64,000 nt of DNA from Stylophora pistillata. Taxonomy: Eukaryota. The notes below the pieces were generated by a model, which worked only from the letters and a program-made list of their open reading frames with translations, was not told the origin of the DNA and ran no database searches. The stretch lies in the NCBI RefSeq assembly GCF_002571385.2, contig NW_019218185.1:1-64000 (forward strand), given 5' to 3'. How positions within the stretch are numbered: the stretch's first letter is position 1; each line of letters begins with the position of its first letter. Shown here piece after piece: positions 13,501 to 36,944 of this stretch. Position numbers and translations under genes: made by a program.

Positions 13501-16500
13501 AAAATCAAATTTTATCAGCTTCGTCTCTTCAATTCATACCCCATGATTGGCTTTATTCAATCTACAAAACCATCGTTATGATAATTTTCACTGTCATTAT
13601 CATCATCAAGTACCATAATCAATATGAGTACTAGAAAAGTTACAGTTTTTGAACAAAATCTTTTTCAAAGCAGTATATGTCTCCAGAAATTTTGACCTTA
13701 TATAAGTTATTAATCAATTATAATCATAACCAAATTGATTAGGCAGTGCCATTTTGCAAAGCCTAGGTGCCACAGGTCACCAGGTTTTGTGTTTGGATTA
13801 CCTGTGTAACTCTGCTCAGTTTTTTGAAAGATTTAAGACCCTGGAACCTCAGATTAAGTTTCGAGACAAGAGCTGCTGATTTGAAACACAGCTGTGAGTA
13901 TATTACCTGGATTATTGAGCAGTTTCCATTAAGACACTGAATAAAGTTTTTCAAATCGTTATTTTTCCCATCCAGTAACTTCATGCTGGCTAAAAGTTCA
14001 GCCTACAAAAAAAAAAAAGAAAAAAACAGAATAGAATAAGGACAAATTATCTTAGAGAAAAAATAGCTTTTTTCTAATACAGAGAATCTGTTTTTTTTTC
14101 ATATTTGCTTACATCTGTGTGAAAAGAAAATTATTTCACTTTCACAGTGTTTTTCATTTACATCACTGCTCAGAAAAATCAAATTGACATTCAAATCCTT
14201 GTAATATTGATAAAGGTGTTTGTTCCATGATCCTTACCTGCACTTTCTTTTTGTTTTTTTCAGATTATTTCAGTTATGTCACTGACAAAAACATCTTTCA
14301 CTTTCCTCACAATTTTAAACATTTCAACTTCCTTCTTCTTCACATTGCAATTACACAACTATCACAGGATATTTAAATTGCCACAAGAACCAAAGCCACC
14401 AGCTCATATTTTTTTGAGCCAGTGACTAAAACCTGCTGCCATCTTGGTCATCATGTCAAGAAGAAAATCATTTTTGCAACTGGCCTTGCAGCAAAAGTTG
14501 CCAATTTTGCAGTCCTAAGCAAGTTCTAATAAATTCATTTCTTAGTATTCATTGTCTAATGTTGAGACAAACAATTGTATTGAGTGTTAAGGTTTCACAA
14601 AACGTCCTATTTCCTTTTGTTTTTTTTTGTTTGTTTCTTTGGTAACTAAAGAATTTATTTCTCAGGTGAACATACATTTCCTAATTTTGAAAAGAGCTGA
14701 GCTTGGAGCCTTGACAGCTTTGTTAGGAAGGTGTCTGAAGCGCTATAGGTGATTGAATGATCAAAGACTCAAATGTTCTTGTCAGCACTTAAAATTCCTC
14801 TTCCTCAACATGGCTGTGTCAAAGACTAGAAAACATCCCATGTCACTTTCATTGCCCACTTTAAAAGCCACCCTCTTCATTTTCATCATTGTCCAAAAAC
14901 AATTCCATCAAAATTGAAATTGTTGCAGTAGACAAGATGTCTAATGATCACTTTGTCTGAGACTAATGACCTGCCACCCTGAGTCTCCTGTCTATTGTAG
15001 ATAATTTTCCTTGTCAAACAAGTTGCTGCATCAATTATTTTTACAATAATATAATTACAAAGTGTAAAATTTTTGGTTTGAAAAAAGGTGAGAAACAAAA
15101 GTGAAAAAAAAAAAAAAAAAGCACAGGTGTTGCAAATTTTCAGAGTAATAATAAACATAAATAGGGTTAGGTAGTCATAAACATTCAGATTCTATTCCTA
15201 ATGATAGAATTTTTTCTGAGTATGCTGAAATGTCACTCACAAATAATTATCCTTTTTAACTAGCAGGAAAGGCCTTAAAAATTTTCATCTTCATTTGGTA
15301 GGTATTTCAAATTATTTTGAAGCAACCCAAGTTAAAGATGACAATTAAAATAGGATAGGAGAAAAATTTCAGTGAAAGAACAATTTTCAGAATTAAACAT
15401 GACTGCGTTGGGAAAAATCACCAGTCTCAAATGTCCTTTTAAAATAGGTATACTGTTTCGATATAAGTAGAAAATATTTGTAACATCTGTAACTCTAGTG
15501 AGAACAAAATAATTGGGGGTACAAAACAAAATGTCATTCTGGGTGAACAATTTTGCAAATGTTTACCATACACAAATTACAAACTAAAAAATTAAACTAT
15601 CATAATAGTAAATTTCTAAAATTGTCTCATAGAAATGAAATTAAATACATTAATGTACATTCAGTTTTTTCAACAAAGTATATTTAAATATCCCCAAAAT
15701 GGGGCTTCGATGCAAAAGCAAAAAAAAAAATTTATTTTCAAAATAGCTCTTAACCATGATCTTCCCATTTTGACTTCGATAACTTCGCTTGAAACTTTAC
15801 TTGTAACCATTAAATATTCACTCTCTAAAATTTGCATATTGTCGAAGATCTTTCCAAGGTAAAAGAATTGTCGCAAATTAAGAGCCAGTAAAAGCTGGAG
15901 AGGCAACCTCAACTTATGTGATTTCCCACAATTTCTTCGTAAAAAAAAGGGAAATACAAAACTGAAAAACAAATCACAGGTGTTACAGTTAATCGCAAGG
16001 ATAGTTTATACGAATTCTCAGTGGAGGGGAGTTCATAAAGTTAGCTGATTTACCTCTTCTGGTCAGAGATAAAATAATACGAATTTGATATGATTTTTTT
16101 CTTTGTACCTTTTGCTCTTTAAACATCGCTCCCAACGCTTTCACTTCATGGCCACTGTGCTGTCCCCGCTCCAAACACACATAACAAACAGGAATACGGC
16201 AGAATACACAGTACATGCTGATGTTTTCTTCGCTGTGGCTTCCGCACTTTACTACAGTCGGTTTGTTAGGCGACTTCAAACTTGTGGGAGGAATCAACGA
16301 GTGTTTCGCTAAAGGACCACGGCTAGGATGACAGGTTTTACAACATCGATCGCAATAAGCAACTTCACATTGTTCGCACATAACCGTTGCTTGACAAGGT
16401 TGGGTTTCCTCGCAAAGTTGACAATAAACAATTCCATTCGATTTAGCATAATACCGATTAACAATATTTTCCAATAGGCGGTTGCGGGGAAATCCACTGA

Positions 16501-16780
16501 TCCCTTGGTCGTCGAGGGGAAATAGTTTGCTGCATGTTGGACACTTTAAACACGGTAGATTTCCTATGCTTTGATACAAATGATTCATGTCGTACAAAGT
16601 GATGTACGGTGTTTCCTCAGTGTCAACCTGTGTTCCATTTCGATCGGTCGCAGATTTCTCTCCACCGGTAGTTGTCAACGTGGATTGCGAACAACCCAAG
16701 CAAATGTTGTGAGAACAAGGCAGGATTATAGGGTTTACATACGGCTTGTTCCAAACAGGACAACTTAATTCTGCCTCCAT
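10556..16780 (-). CDS. TRIM9: TRIM9/TRIM67-like E3 ligase (RING-Bbox1-Bbox2-CC-COS-FN3-SPRY), 659 aa
   Basis: Exons: 16780-16109, 14002-13907, 13036-12803, 12666-12644, 12426-12293, 11803-11510, 11082-10556. All introns are GT-AG and the join is 1980 nt in frame. Motifs: CHPSRGPLAKH, GFSRGCHYWEVTIDRYD, LGKDDKAWCMYID. The RING reads CPVW instead of CPVC. Confidence 0.92.
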
Positions 16781-16894
16781 TTCCTAGGGATTTTTTTCCG
16801 TGCCTGAGCTCTACACTGAACGACACGATTACGCGCGGTCAAAGATGACTGCAAAATCTGTTTAGTTTTTCATGCACGAACAATTAGCGCCAAA

Positions 16895-16960
16895 TTAGCA
16901 CGTGTCAGTCTGGCAATGCTGATTGGTTGATATCTATAGAAAGGCGTTGTGATTGGTCAC
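16895..16960 (-). promoter_or_regulatory. TRIM9 proximal promoter: tandem CCAAT boxes and an E-box
   Basis: ATTGG at 16922 and 16952 (30-bp spacing) and CACGTG at 16899, 120-180 bp upstream of the ATG. Confidence 0.5.
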
Positions 16961-18166
16961 TGCTGGTGTTATTGACTTGATCCAGCTGTATTTCAAATGG
17001 TTTTCTTGGGAAAACCACCTTACACTAATCCCTTAAATATGGGATCTTTACGAAAAAAATAAATAATTGCACATTTAATTTGACATTCTGATGCAGATCT
17101 ACAGAGCATATTCAAGTAGATCACAGACGAAACAATTTTGTGATAATCACCCATTTTCTCTGTGAGTTTTACAGGTTTAGAAATAAATTTATTTTCAAAA
17201 GTGCCACAGCAAGAGGTGAATATTTTGCCAGCATCTAATGAAATAATTTTAAAGTATTACAATAAATACACGTGCCAGCAATTAACATGACAATATTGTC
17301 GCATGCCCGCCATTCATATCCCCACAACAGGGCTCCGTGTTATGTGAAACAATAAAAACGAATCGCAAAATAGACCCTTTGAAACCGCAATCAATTGTGC
17401 TTTTACATTCATGACCTTCTAAGAGAATCTGTCAAGGCTACAACTTGCCTTAGACAACGAAATTGACTATAAAACTAAAATAACGCTTCAAAATTCACCC
17501 AACGGTGACTGTATGTGCCCCACATTTAGATCAATATTCATTCGTATAGGAGGAATTCGAAGGCACGTGAAAGCTTATGTACGGAGCCTATTTACAAAAG
17601 CATATTAACACTCTTAGTCGTGTCAATTTAATTGATTAGTTACATATCTTCATGTGTTCATTTCTCCCATCGTGTTTGTTTGAAGTCTATACATCAGAAA
17701 GTGCTCATATACGTTGGAGACAGGTTTTTTTGTTCTACTTGTCCAGAGCGAATGTGCCATTTAATCCCTTGTTCACCACTGTTAAAACGAAAAAACCACA
17801 ACAAAGCAAAAGAAAATTAAAAGAAGGAAAGAAACGGGTAAAAAACTCGGAGAATAAGGCGAACAATTTCACTATTTAAATAGGATATGTGCTTCTGGTA
17901 GTGGAGAAACCCTTGTATAACGAACTTTTCTTTAGACACGCCAAATGTTCACCATGAAAGGATAGGAAGGAAATCAAATATTATGCAACACTCACAAAGG
18001 TCTTAAAAAGAGGAAAAAAGGCAAAAAGGTTCGGAATCGTGACCTGGGCATGCGCGGGAACACGCGTGGTAGGAAGCGCGCGAAATCCACGTTTTTATCG
18101 AGGCTTGTAACAACTTGCAACCAAGGTTACAAGCAGATGTAAAACAACATCCACCGCCTCACATAG

Positions 18167-29749
<11,583 letters not shown>

Positions 29750-31519
29750 CCGGGCTAAAATGCAAACAACGTTGTATCTTAATCTTAATTATATAATGGC
29801 ATGTATTTCACACAACTGTACTTGTGTTCACGTTTAATCGAGTAATTTTCAGATGAGCGTCGAGGGGGTTGGTTTTACATCTATAAGCATAGTAATTTGT
29901 CTCAGAACTCGTGTCAAATTCTCAACCAACCTGATAAAAGACTGAAAGAAAAAACGTAAATTGGTTTCCCACTCACGTTTTCAGCTCTCGAAAACGTTAA
30001 CTCGCACATAATCTGAGTTCTCATTGGCTCCTCTTAATACTTAGCTTTGTTCTGATTGGACGTTGTGACCATCTCAGTTTACGTCATCAATTGCAAAGCT
30101 CTTCCACAATGAGGTCTTCTCAAATAAAAATTACTGCGCGCACCAAGTTTAGATGGCGGGAAGTCGAAACACAGCAAGCATGCCCATCAAGGTATCATTA
30201 TTTCAGAAACGTTATTAGGCATAAATGTAAGTAAGTTTCTCTTTTTTACCCGTAAGAGAACATGCTTCTCTAAAAGGTAAAACATTTGTCCGGCTGGATT
30301 GAGAAAAATGATCAAGACTGTGGGTTCATTAAACACTTCAAGTTGACACATGTTTTGTGGTTAAGCCCTCGCCAAAGCTAATTTAAAGTATTCCTTGAAA
30401 TTTAATAATGCGAAGTTCGTAATAACATGAATGGAGAAATGCAAATGCCAAGCTTTCAAAGAAGGAAAACTTCTCTGCTTGTGCAGGTATACCAGAGCAA
30501 GAACGCTAGAAATACCCGTTTTAGTGCTCTGTCGGAGAAGCGGAAGACAATTTCATTTCAAAATGGTGCGCAATAACTTATATAACGCATTTTTCGAAAC
30601 CTTATGAATTTTATTCTGTTCAGTGCATGACTGTAAAATCGCCCTCGGACACTTTTAAATATTTTTTCCCTATTAGAAAGATCAAATGCTTGGATTCCGC
30701 AAAATCACTAATGTGATGAATTGTGCATCATCTAATATAGTGACACCATAGATTTCAAACAGGAACTTCTCAAGGTAATTGAACGTAAAATTCATAATTG
30801 ATAGTGCACGTTTTTAAGAAATGTCAATTAATAAACCATTTTCCAGTTGTGGTTGGTAAATGAAACCTCACCGTGTGAGCTATTCATTTTTTATTGCGCC
30901 TTGCGCAGGAGAAGGTCTGGCTTACGATTTATTTCCCTCGCAATAGCTGTTCAGTTTCGCTTCTAACGTTATTCCAGCTTTTGTACCTGTGGACAAAAGC
31001 CCAGTTCATTTAAACTAAATCTTTTGAGCTGTATTCAATTATTCCGTGAATGCCATTCACGGATACCCTATTATGTTACCATTCAATTGAAACGTATTTG
31101 GCAATATCTTCGTGTGGTGCTTAACAAATTGTACAAGGTGGTTTTACTGATTTTCAAGCTTGTGGAGAAAGACTTATATTAGTGTACATGTGTTACGATT
31201 CAGATAAAAGCTACGCATTGCTTCATTTCACGTGGTATTCTGTATCATGGTGTATAAAGTGGTTCGAAAGCGGTGTGCCGCTGTGAATAAAACCCTCATG
31301 TGTGTGATCAAAAAAGGAAAAGGCTTTTAAAATATTCGTGCAAGCTGGAGATCAAATGCAATGCAGACTCTGGTAATTTGTTAATTTTTCCAAAAGTTAG
31401 CCAATTTATCTTGCAGAAAGACTTCTGCAATTTCTAAACTGTAACTGGAGGTTGACTGAGTTTGAGATGAAATACAGCTCAAGAACCGTACTTAAACCGG
31501 AATCTTCCAGTTTTCAAAT

Positions 31520-32440
31520 TCAAGTTTCCCTTAAAAGGAAACTAAGGTATTTCCTTGTCATTTCCTTTATAGCCTGTCTCACTTCCTTAATTCGCCAACA
31601 GTAAAGAACAGGATTTAGCGATGAATTGAAGAATATAAGAGTTCCAGTGAATCCTTCAGCGACTGCCCAGGTTTCCCCGGTCACCGCTTTTAATCCCGAC
31701 ACTACACTGTACGGCAGATAACAAGCCAACAATGTCAAGTGAACCCAAAGCGCGTTTGAAACGGTCTTCTTATACCGCTGGACGTTTAGCAGAGAGTTTT
31801 TGTTGTTTAGTTTTTGGGAACCAATGGTGCGAACTTTCAGTCGTTGCAAACGGAGAACGTGGTAAATTTTCGTGTAGCAAAAAGTCGAAATTACCACGCA
31901 AAGAAATATACCCGACGCACTGAGTATATAAAAGAGAAAGCGATATCTCTCTCGTGACAAGAGTCCAAGACCATTCGCGATATTTAACATCCAGAAAAAT
32001 ATTACAAAACTGCGGACCCGTCTTGCGGTCACTGCTTGTCTGTATTTCATCCCGAGAGAGAGGGCGAGTAATCTATCCACACTTATAAAGGTCAGTACAA
32101 AAAGAGACATTCCACTTAAGATGGCACTGCTGACATAACTTGACCTAACAGTGAACCGAAAAATCGGTATATTTTCAACGACAATGGATATAGAGTGCAG
32201 GGCAGCTAAAGGATGAGTGAAGAGGCCAACGAACAAATCAGTCAAAGCCAAATTACGCAAAAGAAGTCTTGAAGGTGTATGAAGTACAGATTCTTTCCGT
32301 AGAGAGAGCACAATCAGGATGTTTCCTGAACTCGCCGTAAAGAACAACACAATATTCAGACAAGCAAGTGCGATGAACGAATTGAAAACGTACGGCGTAT
32401 TTTTGGAGCGAGTTATCAAAGGCTCCGTTTCATTCATCAT
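31520..32440 (-). CDS. Intronless class A (rhodopsin-like) GPCR, 306 aa
   Basis: Seven hydrophobic segments with GN (TM1), LALTD (TM2), SVDRL (DRY variant), CYLP (TM6) and NSSLNPVLY (NPxxY). Confidence 0.93.
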   Translation of the reverse strand: MMNETEPLITRSKNTPYVFNSFIALACLNIVLFFTASSGNILIVLSLRKESVLHTPSRLLLRNLALTDLFVGLFTHPLAALHSISIVVENIPIFRFTVRSSYVSSAILSGMSLFVLTFISVDRLLALSLGMKYRQAVTARRVRSFVIFFWMLNIANGLGLLSRERYRFLFYILSASGIFLCVVISTFCYTKIYHVLRLQRLKVRTIGSQKLNNKNSLLNVQRYKKTVSNALWVHLTLLACYLPYSVVSGLKAVTGETWAVAEGFTGTLIFFNSSLNPVLYCWRIKEVRQAIKEMTRKYLSFLLRET

Positions 32441-33269
32441 CCTGAAAATTGGTATCAGGTTCGCTCTGATTCACAGACGATGTTTGTAGTTGTTACATGT
32501 TCCCATAGGAAAGGTAGTCGACTGATGTTTGAACAGTTTTTTTTAGTGTTCCGATAGCCCGCCTCTAATAAACATTTCATTTAGTGCATGCTGCGGAGAA
32601 ACGCACCTTTGCGAGGCAACCAAATTGGACTTTGTTGCTACAATACGTCACTTCACAGTATGACACAAACGTGCACTACGATTGGTTGAATTTTTTTTTT
32701 CACGGCACTTAAGTCAATATGCTTTTTTGATCACCACTGAGATAGAAGCAGTTTTTTTTACATTTAGGATGTGTTCGGTTTATTTTTCTGTTTAAATAAA
32801 AATTTGATCGAGCTATATTTGAATTGGAAGTTATCTAGATTTTAACGCGTTGAAGAAATGTATTGATCACATTTAAAAAAGAAACATTGTCCTTTCCACT
32901 GGGGTGATAAAACCAACGGGTTTTTAGAGTCAGGCTGTGGAAGTAAAAAGTAAAAAAAAAAAAAAAAAAAAAGTTTCGCAGCTTTTTCTACATAGTGGTC
33001 TTTTCACTGAATTTTAATTTCCGTTTAGAAATAAAGAGCATTTAGAAATCACGGTCTTGCCAACTTTCCATTTGTTGGCTTCATCTCATTAACTCTTCTG
33101 AGTTCTATGTTCAAGTGGCGGTGCTGCTGTGATAAAAAAAATATCGTTTGAATAATAATTTTGCAGCATTTTTGAATATGTATCTGCGACAGCTATGATT
33201 TTATCTCGAGCAGATTTGTAACCTATGGAGAGTTGAATGAAAAGAGAAGTTTATCATCAGTTTAATTTT

Positions 33270-33698
33270 TACGTATGATGCACGATCCTCGCAGTAGAGA
33301 GCGCTATTTATGCAATAGCGAAATTCAGACCTGAAAAAAATCAGGCTTGTACGGGATTCGAACCACTGACCTCTGCGATACTAGTGCAGCGCTCTACCAA
33401 TTGAGCTAACAAGCCAACTGGGAGCAGGTCGTTAAGTTGATTCGTAATAAACCCGTGGTGGTAAATCAGATACGATGAATATATGAAGTTCATATATTTT
33501 GAACTGCGGTTAGAGATACGTATGATGCACGATTCTCGCAGTAGAGAGCGCTATTTATGCAATAGCGAAATTCAAACCTGATTTTTTTCAGGCCTGAATT
33601 TCGCTATTGCATAAATAGCGCTCTCTACTGCGAGGATCGTGCATCATACGTATCTCTAACCGCAGTTCAAAATATATGAACTTCATATATTCATCGTA
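33270..33698. repeat. tRNA-derived repeat with direct and inverted duplication; tRNA-like head on the minus strand at 33343-33415
   Basis: The minus strand reads GGCTTGTTAGCTCAATTGGTAGAGCGCTGCACTAGTATCGCAGAGGTCAGTGGTTCGAATCCCGTACAAGCCT (AGT at the anticodon position, mismatched anticodon and T stems). 33471-33698 is a near-perfect palindrome, and 33270-33340 is repeated at about 33517-33590. Confidence 0.85.
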
Positions 33699-35999
33699 GT
33701 TTAATTTTTATTTTGAATCAAGTAAAAGTTGACCAGCGTTCGGTAAAAGTTTGGTTATTTTTTCAGAAGTGAGATCGCAAGACCTGTCACCAAAGTATAC
33801 AAACGCCTGATCAGAATGAGGATGCAGTGTTGCTTGTCAAAAGAGGAATGACTTGAATTCTATAATCGGAAAAAAAATTTTTTTCATTCACTTTAGACAG
33901 TCAGGAAATTTTCATGACGTTGAATTGCCTTTGACGCGAAAATTTGATTAAACCCAAAAATTATCTATTTATCATTGTTCAAATATACTTTCGAACATGC
34001 CAATTTAAAAAGTGCTGGCAAAGAGTTAATATTCTTTAAAATCATCGCTTAAACTCTTCAACGCTATTACTTTTTTCTCATTCACATACTGTGATGCTCT
34101 AATTGTCTTTCACAGATTCAAATACCGGCGTCCATTTCGAAAAAGCCCTTAATCTAGCGGTTCATTTAATTATACAGACAGTGGTGACGATAAATTTCTT
34201 CTGCACGAGCAAGTGTCCTATAGGTTACAAAAGAAAAAAAACGGTTCTTTTTATCGAAAATAGTAGCATTGGACCCATCAAATCGCACTCCCAACATCCG
34301 CTATTTCTTAAATTAAACCTTCATTGACGCAAAGACATTGTACAATCTAATCGTTGATAAAATTTGATGTCGGGTGCTGGCTCCCTGTTTGTGTACTCGT
34401 TCCGTTTTGGGGCCATAAAAATTTTTCAGCAAATAAGTTACGGTAATTTAAAACGTTTTTAGTCCCGTACATAAGTAAATAGCTTTTATGATGGGGTAAA
34501 GAAGATCCAAATTAGAATTCAGACCCTTTATTTGCTCAAAGTTGTATTATAGGGCCAGACACACGCAAATTTACTTAGTCGTCATCGGTTAATTACTGTT
34601 TGCTTTCTTCTTCTGTTTTTATGCGGTATGTAATTTCAAATACGTTTACTTTCAGTAAAAGTCTGATCTTTTCGTATAATCTGATTATCTTTTTGAATTG
34701 CAAATAATGGAGAATGCTTCAGCGTTTTTACTTGTGAAAATATTGCAATGTTTCGCCTCCAGTGGAACATGAGCGAGTCATCAGATCGAGAACAATTTAG
34801 ATGCAGGAACTGCCCCTACTTTTCAAATTAAGATTCTTTTTTTTTTTCACCCACTCCGCGTTTAATCTCTATGGAAATTTGAATAAGAATGAAAAACACT
34901 GAGGTGGGAGCTCGCCTCATTTTAGACAAAAGATGGTGACAGACAGAACTTATAAGACCAAGCTCTGTTGCACCATACCACAGACGTCATACCCCAGTTC
35001 AATCATTGACAGGCAGAAAGAAAAACATAAATGATATTAGGACACTCCCACACTTGTGAAATAACTTTGGGGTAAGTTGTTTACTTTTTGGTCAAAACAC
35101 TCTTTCTATCTTCTACCTATATGTAATCATTCCGTGAATAAATGCATGCCTCTGAAAGTGAAATGCGAAGCTTGTCCGGAAGTCAATGACACAGGCAGAC
35201 TGGAAAGAAAAAGAAATTTCTCTTGTTGCCAACATGAGTCAAACTAATGTTTTCCTCATCTGGGCTCTTTGCCATTCTACCACTGAGTGATAAGGCACTC
35301 GCGAGTTGCTGGGACGTTAAGCGTGTTCATCTTAAAACGATTGTGTGTCCTGCAAGAACAAATGTCTTCCTGTTTTGAGTTGTGATAAAAATTAAGAAAG
35401 AGCTTTTAAGATAACTACGAAAATGGAACTAAGAAGCTAGCGTTTTGCCAACAATAAGGACGTTTTCCGTTATTGACAAAGGCGCATTCAGACAAAATCT
35501 GAAGTCATGTTGCAACAACTGGCAAAGGGATTTTTCAAAAATTACTCCTTTAACAACGTCTAATAGCAAAAGCACTAAAAAATTATCGTAATTTGCTCTT
35601 TGTTTACGGTAGAAGACGCAAAACTCAAGCGATTGTGTCAACTTTTGGAAATAACAACAAACGTTGCTTTCTGCCAAACCTAAAAAAAAGAATTAAAAAA
35701 GAAAAACTGAGTGATTCGAAGATTTACAGAGTGACACATTCCAATTAAATGGCAAGGGATTTATGCTTTGTTTTTCATTATAAACGAAGGTAATCAATAT
35801 AATTTCTTTAAGAAGTGAGATAAAAGATATCGTTAAGATTAACGAAATGTCATGTTTCAAAGTCATTTTGACAAATCTCTGTCAACTTTTGCTCTTAAAA
35901 TAAACCGTCCCACCTACTTTCGAGATCTTATTTCCTTTAATTTTTCATATAAGCGGAAAAAGACCCACAAATTAAGCTAGTGGCAATTCCTTTTCGATT

Positions 36000-36944
36000 A
36001 TGGCGAACAACAACAGTGTAGCAACTCGACCGGCCTTGTTCTTTCAAGTCGAAAGTTCTCCGCATGTCTTCAACACTTTTCTCGCTCTGTCTGTTTTGAA
36101 CATCATCCTCTCCATCTCTGCGACTTTTGGAAATACGTTGATATTCATTGCACTACGACGAGAATCCTGCTTTCATCCGCCTTCGCGACTATTAATACTC
36201 AATTTGGCGATCACAGATTTGTGCGTCGGTCTCGTCGCTCAGCCAGTGGCGGCGTTGCATTCGATCTCCATTTTCTCTGGCCGTTTGCACGTCTACCAGT
36301 TCACCGTGGTATCAACGTACATTACAAGTGCCGTCCTAAGCGGAGTGTCTCTCTTTATTCTAACCTTCATCAGCGTGGACAGATTACTCGCCTTGTCGCT
36401 CGGAATGCGATACCGACAAACTGTGACTGCCCCGCGGGTCCGTGGATTTGTGATATTTTTCTGGGCGGTAAATATCACAAATGGCTTAGCGCGATTCTTG
36501 AAGAAGAGATATCTCTTCTATCTCGTTTGTCTCACTGGTATACTTCTTTGCGTTGTTATTTCTACATTTTGCTACGCGAAAATTTGCCACACACTCTGTG
36601 CGCAGCAGGCAAAAATCCAGAACGTTTTAACCCAAGGACTACAAAATAAAAACCCTCCAATGAACATGGCTCGGTACAAGAAAACCGTATCGAGCGCGCT
36701 TTGGGTTCATTTAACACTACTGACCTGTTATCTGCCGTACAGCGTAGTGTCAGGGTTGAAGGCTGTTACTGGTGATGTCTGGCCTGTCGCCGAGGGATTA
36801 ACAGGCACTTTAATCTTCTTTAATTCGTCACTGAACCCTGTACTTTATTGCTGGCGCATCAGAGAAGTCAGACATGCTGTGAAGAAAACGATCAGGCAAT
36901 ATCGATATCGCAGCCCACAAACAAGTGATACTGGTTTTGAATGA
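36000..36944 (+). CDS. Intronless class A GPCR, 314 aa, close paralog of 31520-32440
   Basis: Same motifs. TM6-TM7 is nearly identical (ALWVHLTLL.CYLPYSVVSGLKAVTG...GTLIFFNSSLNPVLYCWRI). Confidence 0.93.
   Translation: MANNNSVATRPALFFQVESSPHVFNTFLALSVLNIILSISATFGNTLIFIALRRESCFHPPSRLLILNLAITDLCVGLVAQPVAALHSISIFSGRLHVYQFTVVSTYITSAVLSGVSLFILTFISVDRLLALSLGMRYRQTVTAPRVRGFVIFFWAVNITNGLARFLKKRYLFYLVCLTGILLCVVISTFCYAKICHTLCAQQAKIQNVLTQGLQNKNPPMNMARYKKTVSSALWVHLTLLTCYLPYSVVSGLKAVTGDVWPVAEGLTGTLIFFNSSLNPVLYCWRIREVRHAVKKTIRQYRYRSPQTSDTGFE

Noticed and set aside
33343-33415. Functional tRNA-Thr(AGT)
   Set aside because: The anticodon and T stems are mismatched, it is embedded in a repeat, and the sister copy has a different anticodon.
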